From NCBI RefSeq assembly GCF_001677475.2, contig NZ_CP015229.1: 64,000 nt of DNA; one strand, given 5' to 3'. Under the pieces are notes generated by a model. That model ran no database searches, was not told the DNA's origin, and saw only the letters and a program-made list of their open reading frames with translations. Within the stretch, counting starts at the first letter, position 1; every line of letters begins with the position of its first letter. A program made the translations under genes and the position numbers. Shown in pieces: positions 49,029 through 57,965 of the stretch. This DNA comes from Escherichia coli (lineage in GTDB: Bacteria > Pseudomonadota > Gammaproteobacteria > Enterobacterales > Enterobacteriaceae).

Positions 49029-49892
49029 TTAAATGCTTTTACCAAAAGTATTGCATTGTGCCGGATCGCCGCTGTCGAAACCACGTTTAAACCAGCTGTA
49101 GCGTTGCTGAGAAGTACCATGAGTGAAACTGTCTGGTACTACTCGCCCCTGACTTTGCTGTTGTAAACGGTCATCGCCGATGGCCTGCGCCGCGTTCAGC
49201 GCCTCTTCCAGATCGCCGGTTTCCAGAACACCTTGCTGCTGCATACTATGCCCCCAGACACCGGCAAAACAGTCGGCCTGGAGTTCCATACGCACAGATA
49301 AGCGGTTCACTTCCGCCTGCGTCGCGTTTTGTTGCAGTTGACGAACTTTCGGCTCGATGCCTAACAGTTTCTGCACATGATGACCGACTTCATGGGCGAT
49401 AACGTACCCCTGGGCAAAATCGCCATCCGCGCCAAGTTTGTCTTTCATGTCATCATAGAAAGAGAGATCGATATAAACCGTGCCATCCGCCGGGCAATAG
49501 AACGGTCCCATAATGGACTGGCCCGCCCCGCAGCCGGTGCGCGTCATTCCACGGTACATGACCAGCTTCGGTTGCTGATAGGTTTTACCCATCTTCTCGA
49601 ATTGCTGTCCCCAGGTGTCTTCCGTGGTTGCCAGAATCACCGAAGTGAATTTTGCGGCTTCGTCTTCATTAGGACTAATTGACCGTGTTGATTGCTGTTG
49701 GGAAACCGGCTGTCCGGTCATCAACCCGGTTAAATCAACGCCATAGTAGCCTGCAACCAGCACGACTATCAGTAAAATCAGCCCGCCTTTACCGCTTGGC
49801 AGGCGAAAACCGGGACCGCCCATAGACGGACCACCAGAGCTGTTGCGCCTGTCTTCAACATTATCACTTTCACGTCGCCCTTGCCAACGCAT
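49029..49892 (-). CDS. ypfJ: Predicted zinc metallopeptidase (HExxH) with N-terminal membrane anchor
   Basis: 287 aa with HEVGH motif at residues 167-171; matches YpfJ. Confidence 0.9.
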
Positions 49893-50006
49893 AGATACCT
49901 CAACAATATATTCATTATAGAAATGATCGTAGGTGGTTCAGAGGAAGATTACCACAGGAAAGCGGGATGAAATGGCGGAGGAATGAGCGTTCAATGCACA
50001 TCTTCC

Positions 50007-50033
50007 GAGAGCGGTTGTCTTGCCGTGCCAGCT
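50007..50033. other. Perfect 11-bp-stem hairpin just downstream of purC
   Basis: tcttgccgtgc-cagct-gcacggcaaga; no U-run follows on the minus strand, so not a canonical intrinsic terminator. Confidence 0.5.
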
Positions 50034-50059
50034 GCACGGCAAGATGATGAACAGAAAAA

Positions 50060-50773
50060 TCAGTCCAGCTGTACACCCAGGCGGCGGGCGACGGCTTCAT
50101 AGGCTTCGATCAGGCCACCGAGGCTCTGGCGGAAACGGTCTTTGTCCATTTTCTCCAGCGTTTCTTTGTCCCACAGGCGGCTGCCGTCCGGGGAGAACTC
50201 ATCGCCCAGTACCACTTCACCTTTGTACAGGCCAAACTCCAGTTTAAAGTCGACCAAAATCAGACCAGCATCATCGAACAGTTGTTTCAGCACGTCGTTC
50301 GCTTTGTAGGTCAGCTCTTTCATACGCGCCAGGTTCTCTTTGCTCACCCAGCCAAAGGTTTCGCAGTAAGATTCGTTGACCATCGGATCGTGCATGGCGT
50401 CGTTTTTCAGGAACAGATCGAACAGCGGCGGGTTCAGCTCAATACCTTCTTCGATTCCAAGACGTTTCACCAGAGAGCCAGCAGCACGGTTACGCACGAC
50501 ACACTCAACCGGCACCATATCCAGCTTTTTCACCAGACATTCGGTATCGGAGAGCAGACGCTCCATTTGAGTCGGGATACCCGCTTCAGCCAGTTTGCTC
50601 ATAATGAAGTAGTTGAACTTGTTGTTCACCATACCTTTGCGATCAAACTGCTCAATGCGCGCGCCATCCCCTGCTGACGTATCATTGCGGAATTCGAGCA
50701 CCAACAGGTCCGGGTTTTCCGTGCTGTATACGGTTTTCGCTTTACCACGATACAACTCAGCTTGCTTTTGCAT
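50060..50773 (-). CDS. purC: Phosphoribosylaminoimidazole-succinocarboxamide (SAICAR) synthase
   Basis: 237 aa from [22 protein letters not shown]; matches PurC. Confidence 0.95.
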   Translation of the reverse strand: MQKQAELYRGKAKTVYSTENPDLLVLEFRNDTSAGDGARIEQFDRKGMVNNKFNYFIMSKLAEAGIPTQMERLLSDTECLVKKLDMVPVECVVRNRAAGSLVKRLGIEEGIELNPPLFDLFLKNDAMHDPMVNESYCETFGWVSKENLARMKELTYKANDVLKQLFDDAGLILVDFKLEFGLYKGEVVLGDEFSPDGSRLWDKETLEKMDKDRFRQSLGGLIEAYEAVARRLGVQLD

Positions 50774-50828
50774 CTTTATCACTCCTGGGTGTGAATTAAC
50801 GTTTTAAAATCTTTTGCTGTCTGGTGTG

Positions 50829-50875
50829 CCGGATGTTTTGTCAGATGCGGCAAGAACGCCTTATCCGACCTACGT
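50829..50875. repeat. REP element upstream of purC
   Basis: gccggatgttttgtcagatgcggcaagaacgccttatccgacctacg matches the REP consensus. Confidence 0.6.
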
Positions 50876-50926
50876 CCGACAAACAAATTTCGTGCGAATT
50901 ACCGCTAAAATCGCGTTTTCCTGCCG

Positions 50927-50942
50927 ACGCACACGTTTGCGT
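50927..50942. promoter_or_regulatory. PurR operator (PUR box) in the purC control region
   Basis: acgcacacgtttgcgt; reverse complement ACGCAAACGTGTGCGT fits the PurR consensus ACGCAAACGTTTTCNT. Confidence 0.55.
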
Positions 50943-50952
50943 ATCATATCAG

Positions 50953-50978
50953 AAAAAAGGGCCGGATGACTCCAGCCC
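50953..50978 (-). terminator. Rho-independent terminator downstream of bamC
   Basis: gggccgga-tgac-tccagccc hairpin, followed on the minus strand by a U-run (complement of aaaaaa at 50953-50958). Confidence 0.5.
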
Positions 50979-50985
50979 TATATTT

Positions 50986-52020
50986 TTACTTGCTAAACGC
51001 AGCCTGGAAGACAGCTACCAGCGCGTCGTTCTGACTCTGAGTCAGAGTATGACCTTTCGGATCGATGAACTGTAGGCTGCTGCGGTTATCTAAATCGCCA
51101 ACCTGCAGTTTATAGTCACCGGATGCCAGGCCTGGATCGCTCGCGCCCAGTTCCTGCCAGTCGCTGTCAGACAGCGGCTTATAAGTTACGGCCATGTTGC
51201 CCTGCGAACGGGTGCTGTCGGTCACTTTCATGCCCACTTTTTCCAGCGCCGCTGGCAGACGTCGCCAAACCACATTGAACGGCCCGCGTACGACCAGCAT
51301 TGGTAAACCGGTGTCATCAGCTGCACTTTGTACGTCCATAGTGGTGGAGGCACGATTTTGCGCAGCGTTCGCGGCGTCAGTGGCAGATTTATCCAGACCG
51401 GCGGAAATAACGTTCATCATCTCCGTGCTGTAACGCTGCATGGAAGCCGCGTCTGCAACCGGTTTGCCCGCCTGTTCCAGGTTCAGCAGTTTAACCGTAA
51501 CCGCCTGCTGATAACCCTGCGGCTTAACAGAGATTTGATAACGACCACGATACTGCTCGTCTTCGTCCAGACGGTTCCATTGTACCCAATCGGTGGTCAG
51601 TGTCTGACCAGCATCATCACGTTGGGTGATGGTGTAGCTTTTCGCCTGCAGCACGCTAACCACCTGCGGCCACAGAGTATTGCCACGACCATTTTCCACC
51701 AGCAATGAAGCGGTATCGCCCGTGAACTGGGTACGCGCGCCAGAAACCAGTGCCAGCGGCTGGGCTGGTGGACGAATGTCCAGCGCCTTACCGACAGCAC
51801 CACTACCGTTGGTCACCGGGATTGCATAATCACCGGAGGTCACCGGCAAAATCATTCCAGCCGGGGCATGAAGCTCCGCAAGCGGTGCCGCTTCCAGGTA
51901 GGCTTCATCACCACTGACCTGACGCTTATAGCGTGAGTCAGAACTACAGGCAGCGAGTAATAAAACAAGCGAAACACCCGCAACCTTTGCCAGGCGCGAC
52001 TTTTGAACAGAGTAAGCCAT
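50986..52020 (-). CDS. bamC: Outer membrane protein assembly factor BamC (lipoprotein)
   Basis: 344 aa from [25 protein letters not shown] (lipobox); matches BamC/NlpB. Confidence 0.93.
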   Translation of the reverse strand: MAYSVQKSRLAKVAGVSLVLLLAACSSDSRYKRQVSGDEAYLEAAPLAELHAPAGMILPVTSGDYAIPVTNGSGAVGKALDIRPPAQPLALVSGARTQFTGDTASLLVENGRGNTLWPQVVSVLQAKSYTITQRDDAGQTLTTDWVQWNRLDEDEQYRGRYQISVKPQGYQQAVTVKLLNLEQAGKPVADAASMQRYSTEMMNVISAGLDKSATDAANAAQNRASTTMDVQSAADDTGLPMLVVRGPFNVVWRRLPAALEKVGMKVTDSTRSQGNMAVTYKPLSDSDWQELGASDPGLASGDYKLQVGDLDNRSSLQFIDPKGHTLTQSQNDALVAVFQAAFSK

Positions 52021-52036
52021 CAAATCTCCCTAAACT

Positions 52037-52915
52037 TTACAGCAAACCGGCATGCTTAAGCGCCGCTCTGACCGTCTCACGACCACTGTCGGTGATTGGT
52101 GTCATTGGCAGGCGCAGCGTATCGGTCGCCACAAGACCCAGTTCCTTACATGCCCATTTCACCGGGATTGGATTGGGTTCGACAAATAGTTTGTTGTGTA
52201 ATGGCATCAGACGCTGATTAATAACGCGTGCCTCGGCAAAATGCCCTTCTGCTGCCAGTTTGCACATCTGGGCCATATCACGCGCTGCGACGTTAGCCGT
52301 AACGGAAATAACCCCATGACCGCCTAATTGCATGAAGTCCAGCGCGCTCGCATCATCGCCGCTCAGCAGAACAAAATCATCTGAAACCAGCTCTTTGATC
52401 TGGTTTACACGCGTTAAGTTCCCTGTTGCCTCTTTGATTCCGATAATATTTTTTACTTTCGCCAGACGGCCCACCGTTTCCGGGAGCAGATCGCAGCCAG
52501 TACGGGACGGCACATTATACAGAATTTGCGGCAGGTCAGTATGTTCAGCGATGGCTTTGAAATGCTGATACAAACCTTCTTGCGACGGACGATTGTAGTA
52601 AGGGGTTACCGTCAGGCAGCCGACGATACCACTGTCATTGAAGCGCTGCGTCAGGCTAATGGCTTCCGCAGTAGCGTTAGCGCCGGTCCCGGCAATCACC
52701 GGAATGCGCCCGTCAGCCAGCTCCAGCGTCATCATCACCACATCAGCATGTTCGTCATGATTTAAGGTAGCGGACTCGCCAGTGGTGCCAACAGAAACGA
52801 TCGCCGAAGTACCGCTGGCGACATGATAATCAATCAGTTTTTTCAAGCTAGCCCGACAGACATTACCTTTTTCATCCATCGGAGTAACAATCGCGACAAT
52901 ACTTCCCGTGAACAT
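52037..52915 (-). CDS. dapA: 4-hydroxy-tetrahydrodipicolinate synthase
   Basis: 292 aa from [19 protein letters not shown]; matches DapA. Confidence 0.95.
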   Translation of the reverse strand: MFTGSIVAIVTPMDEKGNVCRASLKKLIDYHVASGTSAIVSVGTTGESATLNHDEHADVVMMTLELADGRIPVIAGTGANATAEAISLTQRFNDSGIVGCLTVTPYYNRPSQEGLYQHFKAIAEHTDLPQILYNVPSRTGCDLLPETVGRLAKVKNIIGIKEATGNLTRVNQIKELVSDDFVLLSGDDASALDFMQLGGHGVISVTANVAARDMAQMCKLAAEGHFAEARVINQRLMPLHNKLFVEPNPIPVKWACKELGLVATDTLRLPMTPITDSGRETVRAALKHAGLL

Positions 52916-53060
52916 GGGCCATCCTCTGTGCAAACAAGTGTCTCAATGGTACGTTTGGTATGGCATTAAAAGCAAGCAGACAGAACCGTTCTGATTGTTG
53001 TATGCATGTTTTTTTTATGCTTTCCTTAAGAACAACTCACCCATTAAAGGAATAACCAGT

Positions 53061-53633
53061 TTGACACTGTCATCGCAACATTATCTGGTGATCACTGCGT
53101 TGGGTGCCGATCGCCCTGGAATTGTGAACACCATCACCCGTCATGTCAGTAGTTGCGGCTGTAATATTGAAGACAGTCGCCTGGCGATGCTGGGAGAAGA
53201 GTTCACGTTTATTATGCTGCTTTCCGGTTCATGGAATGCCATTACTCTGATTGAATCAACGTTACCGTTGAAAGGTGCCGAGCTGGATCTTTTAATCGTG
53301 ATGAAGCGCACGACGGCGCGTCCGCGTCCGCCAATGCCAGCATCTGTCTGGGTTCAGGTCGATGTGGCAGACTCCCCGCATTTAATTGAACGCTTCACAG
53401 CACTTTTCGACGCGCATCATATGAACATTGCGGAGCTGGTGTCGCGCACGCAACCTGCTGAAAATGAACGGGCTGCGCAGTTGCATATTCAGATAACCGC
53501 CCACAGCCCCGCATCTGCGGACGCAGCAAATATTGAGCAAGCATTCAAAGCCCTATGTACAGAACTCAATGCACAAGGCAGTATTAACGTCGTCAATTAT
53601 TCCCAACATGATGAACAGGATGGAGTTAAGTAA
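53061..53633 (+). CDS. gcvR: Glycine cleavage system transcriptional repressor (tandem ACT domains); TTG start
   Basis: 190 aa from (TTG)TLSSQHYLVITALGADRPGIVN; aagga lies 7 nt upstream of the TTG. Confidence 0.8.
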   Translation: MTLSSQHYLVITALGADRPGIVNTITRHVSSCGCNIEDSRLAMLGEEFTFIMLLSGSWNAITLIESTLPLKGAELDLLIVMKRTTARPRPPMPASVWVQVDVADSPHLIERFTALFDAHHMNIAELVSRTQPAENERAAQLHIQITAHSPASADAANIEQAFKALCTELNAQGSINVVNYSQHDEQDGVK

Positions 53634-54103
53634 TGAATCCACTGAAAGCCGGTGATATCGCACCGAAATTTAGCTTGCCGGATCAAGACGGAGAACAAGT
53701 TAATTTGACCGACTTCCAGGGACAGCGTGTTCTGGTTTATTTCTACCCGAAAGCCATGACCCCCGGCTGTACCGTACAGGCCTGCGGCTTACGCGATAAC
53801 ATGGATGAGTTGAAAAAAGCGGGCGTTGATGTGCTGGGTATCAGCACCGATAAACCCGAAAAACTCTCCCGTTTTGCGGAAAAAGAGCTGCTTAACTTTA
53901 CGCTCCTGTCTGATGAGGACCACCAGGTGTGCGAACAATTCGGCGTCTGGGGTGAAAAGTCCTTCATGGGCAAAACCTACGATGGTATTCATCGCATCAG
54001 CTTCCTGATTGACGCTGATGGCAAAATCGAACATGTCTTTGACGATTTCAAAACCAGCAATCACCACGACGTTGTGCTGAACTGGCTGAAAGAACACGCC
54101 TGA
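53633..54103 (+). CDS. bcp: Thiol peroxidase / bacterioferritin comigratory protein (peroxiredoxin)
   Basis: 156 aa with peroxiredoxin active site (PGCT); matches Bcp; start overlaps the gcvR stop. Confidence 0.95.
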   Translation: MNPLKAGDIAPKFSLPDQDGEQVNLTDFQGQRVLVYFYPKAMTPGCTVQACGLRDNMDELKKAGVDVLGISTDKPEKLSRFAEKELLNFTLLSDEDHQVCEQFGVWGEKSFMGKTYDGIHRISFLIDADGKIEHVFDDFKTSNHHDVVLNWLKEHA

Positions 54104-54298
54104 TTACTTTGCTCCATTCCGTGCTGGCTGCGCTTGCGGTCAGCACACCTCACTTCTCGTGATCAAGATCACATTCTTGCTTTCCCCTGCGACACGGGTG
54201 TCGAATTCATTTTTTGCTGAACGTTAATGACCATCATTTTTGTACCGTTCAGAATACAGTTAATTCATAACTTATTGAATATATTAAATTAATAAGAC

Positions 54299-54314
54299 TG
54301 GCATCCTTTATGCA
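54299..54314 (+). promoter_or_regulatory. Sigma-54 (-24/-12) promoter of the hyf operon
   Basis: TGGCAT-ccttt-ATGCA places GG and GC at the canonical spacing (consensus TGGCAC-N5-TTGCA); about 40 bp upstream of the hyfA ATG. Confidence 0.6.
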
Positions 54315-54355
54315 ATATGAAATGCAATGTTTCATATCATTTTCAAGGAGCCGAC

Positions 54356-54973
54356 ATGAACCGCTTTGTGGTGGCCGAACCACTGTGGTGTACAGGATGT
54401 AATACCTGTCTCGCTGCCTGTTCGGACGTGCATAAAACGCAAGGTTTACAGCAACACCCGCGCCTGGCCCTGGCGAAGACGTCAACACTCACTGCCCCTG
54501 TCGTGTGTCATCACTGTGAGGAAGCCCCTTGCCTGCAGGTCTGCCCGGTCAATGCCATCTCCCAGAGGGATGATGCGATCCAACTCAACGAAAGCCTCTG
54601 TATTGGCTGCAAGCTTTGCGCCGTGGTCTGCCCATTTGGCGCAATCAGCGCTTCAGGAAGCCGTCCGGTGAATGCCCCTGCGCAATATGTTTTTCAGGCT
54701 GACGGCTCACTCAAAGACGGCGAAGAAAACGCGCCGACCCAACATGCTTTGCTGCGCTGGGAACCGGGTGTCCAGACCGTCGCGGTGAAATGCGACCTGT
54801 GTGATTTCTTGCCAGAAGGTCCGGCCTGCGTTCGCGCTTGCCCGAATCATGCGTTACGGCTGATCACCGACGATAGCCTGCAACGTCAGATGAAAGAAAA
54901 ACAGCGCCTTGCCGCAAGCTGGTTTGCCAATGGCGGGGAGGATCCCCTTTCCCTCACTCAGGAGCAACGCTAA
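54356..54973 (+). CDS. hyfA: Hydrogenase 4 ferredoxin-type subunit (4Fe-4S)
   Basis: 205 aa from MNRFVVAEPLWCTGCNTCLAAC with several Cys clusters; matches HyfA. Confidence 0.92.
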   Translation: MNRFVVAEPLWCTGCNTCLAACSDVHKTQGLQQHPRLALAKTSTLTAPVVCHHCEEAPCLQVCPVNAISQRDDAIQLNESLCIGCKLCAVVCPFGAISASGSRPVNAPAQYVFQADGSLKDGEENAPTQHALLRWEPGVQTVAVKCDLCDFLPEGPACVRACPNHALRLITDDSLQRQMKEKQRLAASWFANGGEDPLSLTQEQR

Positions 54974-56991
54974 TGGATGCCCTGCAATTATTAACCTGGT
55001 CGCTGATCCTCTATCTGTTTGCCAGTCTGGCTTCGCTGTTTTTACTCGGTCTGGACAGACTGGCTATTAAGCTTTCCGGCATCACATCGCTGGTGGGTGG
55101 CGTGATTGGCATCATCAGCGGAATTACGCAATTACATGCAGGCGTAACTTTAGTCGCCCGTTTTGCCACGCCTTTTGACTTTGCCGATTTAACCCTGCGA
55201 ATGGATAGCCTCTCGGCATTTATGGTGCTGGTTATCTCCTTGCTGGTGGTGGTTTGTTCGCTCTATTCATTGACTTATATGCGCGAATACGAGGGTAAAG
55301 GCGCGGCGGCGATGGGCTTCTTTATGAATCTTTTCATCGCATCGATGGTTGCCCTGCTGGTGATGGACAACGCTTTTTGGTTCATCGTGCTGTTTGAAAT
55401 GATGTCGCTGTCTTCCTGGTTTTTGGTCATTGCCAGGCAGGATAAAACGTCGATCAACGCTGGCATGCTCTACTTTTTTATCGCCCACGCCGGATCGGTG
55501 CTGATTATGATCGCTTTCTTGCTGATGGGGCGCGAAAGCGGCAGCCTCGATTTTGCCAGTTTCCGCACGCTTTCACTTTCTCCGGGGCTGGCGTCGGCGG
55601 TGTTCCTGCTGGCCTTTTTCGGTTTTGGCGCGAAAGCCGGGATGATGCCGTTGCACAGCTGGTTGCCACGCGCTCACCCTGCCGCACCATCGCACGCTTC
55701 GGCGTTGATGTCTGGCGTAATGGTCAAAATCGGTATTTTCGGCATCCTGAAAGTAGCGATGGATCTGCTGGCGCAAACGGGTTTGCCGCTGTGGTGGGGC
55801 ATTCTGGTGATGGCGATCGGCGCAATCTCCGCGCTCCTGGGCGTGCTGTATGCGCTGGCGGAACAGGATATCAAACGGCTGCTGGCCTGGAGTACCGTCG
55901 AAAACGTCGGCATTATTTTGCTGGCGGTCGGTGTGGCGATGGTCGGTCTGTCACTGCACGACCCGCTGCTCACCGTTGTTGGACTGCTCGGCGCGCTGTT
56001 TCATCTGCTCAACCATGCGCTGTTCAAAGGGCTGCTGTTTCTCGGCGCGGGTGCGATTATTTCGCGTTTGCATACCCACGACATGGAAAAAATGGGGGCA
56101 CTGGCGAAACGGATGCCGTGGACAGCCGCAGCATGCCTGATTGGTTGCCTCGCGATATCAGCCATTCCTCCGCTGAATGGTTTTATCAGCGAATGGTACA
56201 CCTGGCAGTCGCTGTTCTCACTAAGTCGTGTGGAAGCCGTAGCGCTACAACTTGCGGGTCCTATTGCTATGGTGATGCTGGCAGTCACTGGTGGGCTGGC
56301 AGTAATGTGCTTCGTCAAAATGTACGGTATTACTTTCTGTGGAGCGCCGCGCAGTACACACGCTGAAGAGGCACAGGAAGTGCCAAATACGATGATCGTC
56401 GCCATGCTACTGCTCGCGGCACTCTGCGTATTCATTGCGCTTAGTGCCAGTTGGCTGGCACCGAAGATAATGCACATTGCCCATGCGTTTACCAATACCC
56501 CTCCCGTCACTGTCGCCAGCGGAATAGCACTTGTACCCGGCACGTTTCATACACGGGTCACTCCCTCATTACTGTTGCTGTTACTACTGGCGATGCCTTT
56601 GCTGCCTGGCCTTTACTGGCTGTGGTGTCGTTCGCGCCGCGCAGCGTTTCGTCGCACAGGAGATGCCTGGGCATGCGGCTACGGCTGGGATAATGCGATG
56701 GCCCCGTCAGGCAATGGCGTGATGCAGCCGCTGCGTGTGGTCTTTTATGCGCTATTTCGTCTACGACAACAGCTCGACCCTACGCTGAGGCTGAACAAAG
56801 GTCTTGCGCACGTCACCGCCAGGGCTCAGAGCACAGAACCCTTCTGGGATGAGCGGGTGATCCGCCCCATCGTGAGCGCCACCCAACGGCTGGCCAAAGA
56901 AATACAGCATCTGCAAAGCGGCGACTTTCGTCTCTATTGCCTGTATGTGGTCGCCGCACTGGTTGTGCTGCTAATCGCTATTGCCGTCTAA
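54973..56991 (+). CDS. hyfB: Hydrogenase 4 membrane subunit (NuoL/antiporter-like)
   Basis: 672 aa polytopic membrane protein; matches HyfB; ATG overlaps the hyfA stop (taATG). Confidence 0.94.
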   Translation: MDALQLLTWSLILYLFASLASLFLLGLDRLAIKLSGITSLVGGVIGIISGITQLHAGVTLVARFATPFDFADLTLRMDSLSAFMVLVISLLVVVCSLYSLTYMREYEGKGAAAMGFFMNLFIASMVALLVMDNAFWFIVLFEMMSLSSWFLVIARQDKTSINAGMLYFFIAHAGSVLIMIAFLLMGRESGSLDFASFRTLSLSPGLASAVFLLAFFGFGAKAGMMPLHSWLPRAHPAAPSHASALMSGVMVKIGIFGILKVAMDLLAQTGLPLWWGILVMAIGAISALLGVLYALAEQDIKRLLAWSTVENVGIILLAVGVAMVGLSLHDPLLTVVGLLGALFHLLNHALFKGLLFLGAGAIISRLHTHDMEKMGALAKRMPWTAAACLIGCLAISAIPPLNGFISEWYTWQSLFSLSRVEAVALQLAGPIAMVMLAVTGGLAVMCFVKMYGITFCGAPRSTHAEEAQEVPNTMIVAMLLLAALCVFIALSASWLAPKIMHIAHAFTNTPPVTVASGIALVPGTFHTRVTPSLLLLLLLAMPLLPGLYWLWCRSRRAAFRRTGDAWACGYGWDNAMAPSGNGVMQPLRVVFYALFRLRQQLDPTLRLNKGLAHVTARAQSTEPFWDERVIRPIVSATQRLAKEIQHLQSGDFRLYCLYVVAALVVLLIAIAV

Positions 56992-57001
56992 GGAAATCAC
57001 C

Positions 57002-57949
57002 ATGAGACAAACTCTTTGCGACGGATATCTGGTCATTTTTGCGTTAGCACAGGCCGTGATTCTGCTGGTGCTAACCCCGCTTTTTACGGGTATTTCCCGG
57101 CAGATACGCGCGCGAATGCACTCCCGTCGCGGACCGGGGATCTGGCAGGATTATCGCGATATCCACAAACTGTTTAAACGCCAGGAAGTTGCGCCAACAT
57201 CTTCAGGTCTGATGTTCCGCCTGATGCCGTGGGTATTAATCAGCAGCATGCTGGTGCTGGCGATGGCCCTACCACTATTTATTACTGTTTCCCCTTTTGC
57301 GGGCGGCGGCGATCTGATCACCCTTATCTATCTTCTTGCCCTGTTTCGTTTTTTCTTTGCTCTTTCCGGGCTGGATACCGGAAGCCCGTTTGCGGGAGTC
57401 GGTGCCAGTCGCGAGTTGACGCTCGGCATTCTGGTCGAACCCATGCTCATTCTCTCACTGCTGGTATTGGCGCTGATAGCGGATTCCACGCATATCGAGA
57501 TGATCAGCAAGACGCTGGCGACGGGCTGGAACTCGCCGCTAACCACCGTACTGGCGTTACTGGCCTGTGGTTTTGCCTGCTTCATTGAGATGGGAAAAAT
57601 TCCCTTTGATGTTGCTGAAGCAGAACAGGAATTACAGGAAGGCCCGCTGACCGAATATTCCGGTGCCGGGCTGGCGTTGGCGAAATGGGGGCTGGGGCTG
57701 AAACAGGTCGTGATGGCAGCACTGTTTGTGGCCCTGTTTCTGCCCTTTGGGCGCGCGCAAGAACTTTCTCTCGCCTGCCTGCTGACTTCTCTTGTCGTTA
57801 CGCTGCTCAAGGTTTTGCTGATTTTTGTTCTGGCCTCTATCGCAGAAAACACGCTGGCACGCGGGCGTTTTTTACTCATTCACCATGTGACCTGGCTTGG
57901 CTTCAGCCTTGCTGCGCTTGCCTGGGTCTTCTGGTTAACCGGTCTGTAA
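57002..57949 (+). CDS. hyfC: Hydrogenase 4 membrane subunit (NuoH-like)
   Basis: 315 aa from MRQTLCDGYLVIFALAQ; matches HyfC. Confidence 0.92.
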   Translation: MRQTLCDGYLVIFALAQAVILLVLTPLFTGISRQIRARMHSRRGPGIWQDYRDIHKLFKRQEVAPTSSGLMFRLMPWVLISSMLVLAMALPLFITVSPFAGGGDLITLIYLLALFRFFFALSGLDTGSPFAGVGASRELTLGILVEPMLILSLLVLALIADSTHIEMISKTLATGWNSPLTTVLALLACGFACFIEMGKIPFDVAEAEQELQEGPLTEYSGAGLALAKWGLGLKQVVMAALFVALFLPFGRAQELSLACLLTSLVVTLLKVLLIFVLASIAENTLARGRFLLIHHVTWLGFSLAALAWVFWLTGL

Positions 57950-57965
57950 GGAGCACTGACGGAAT

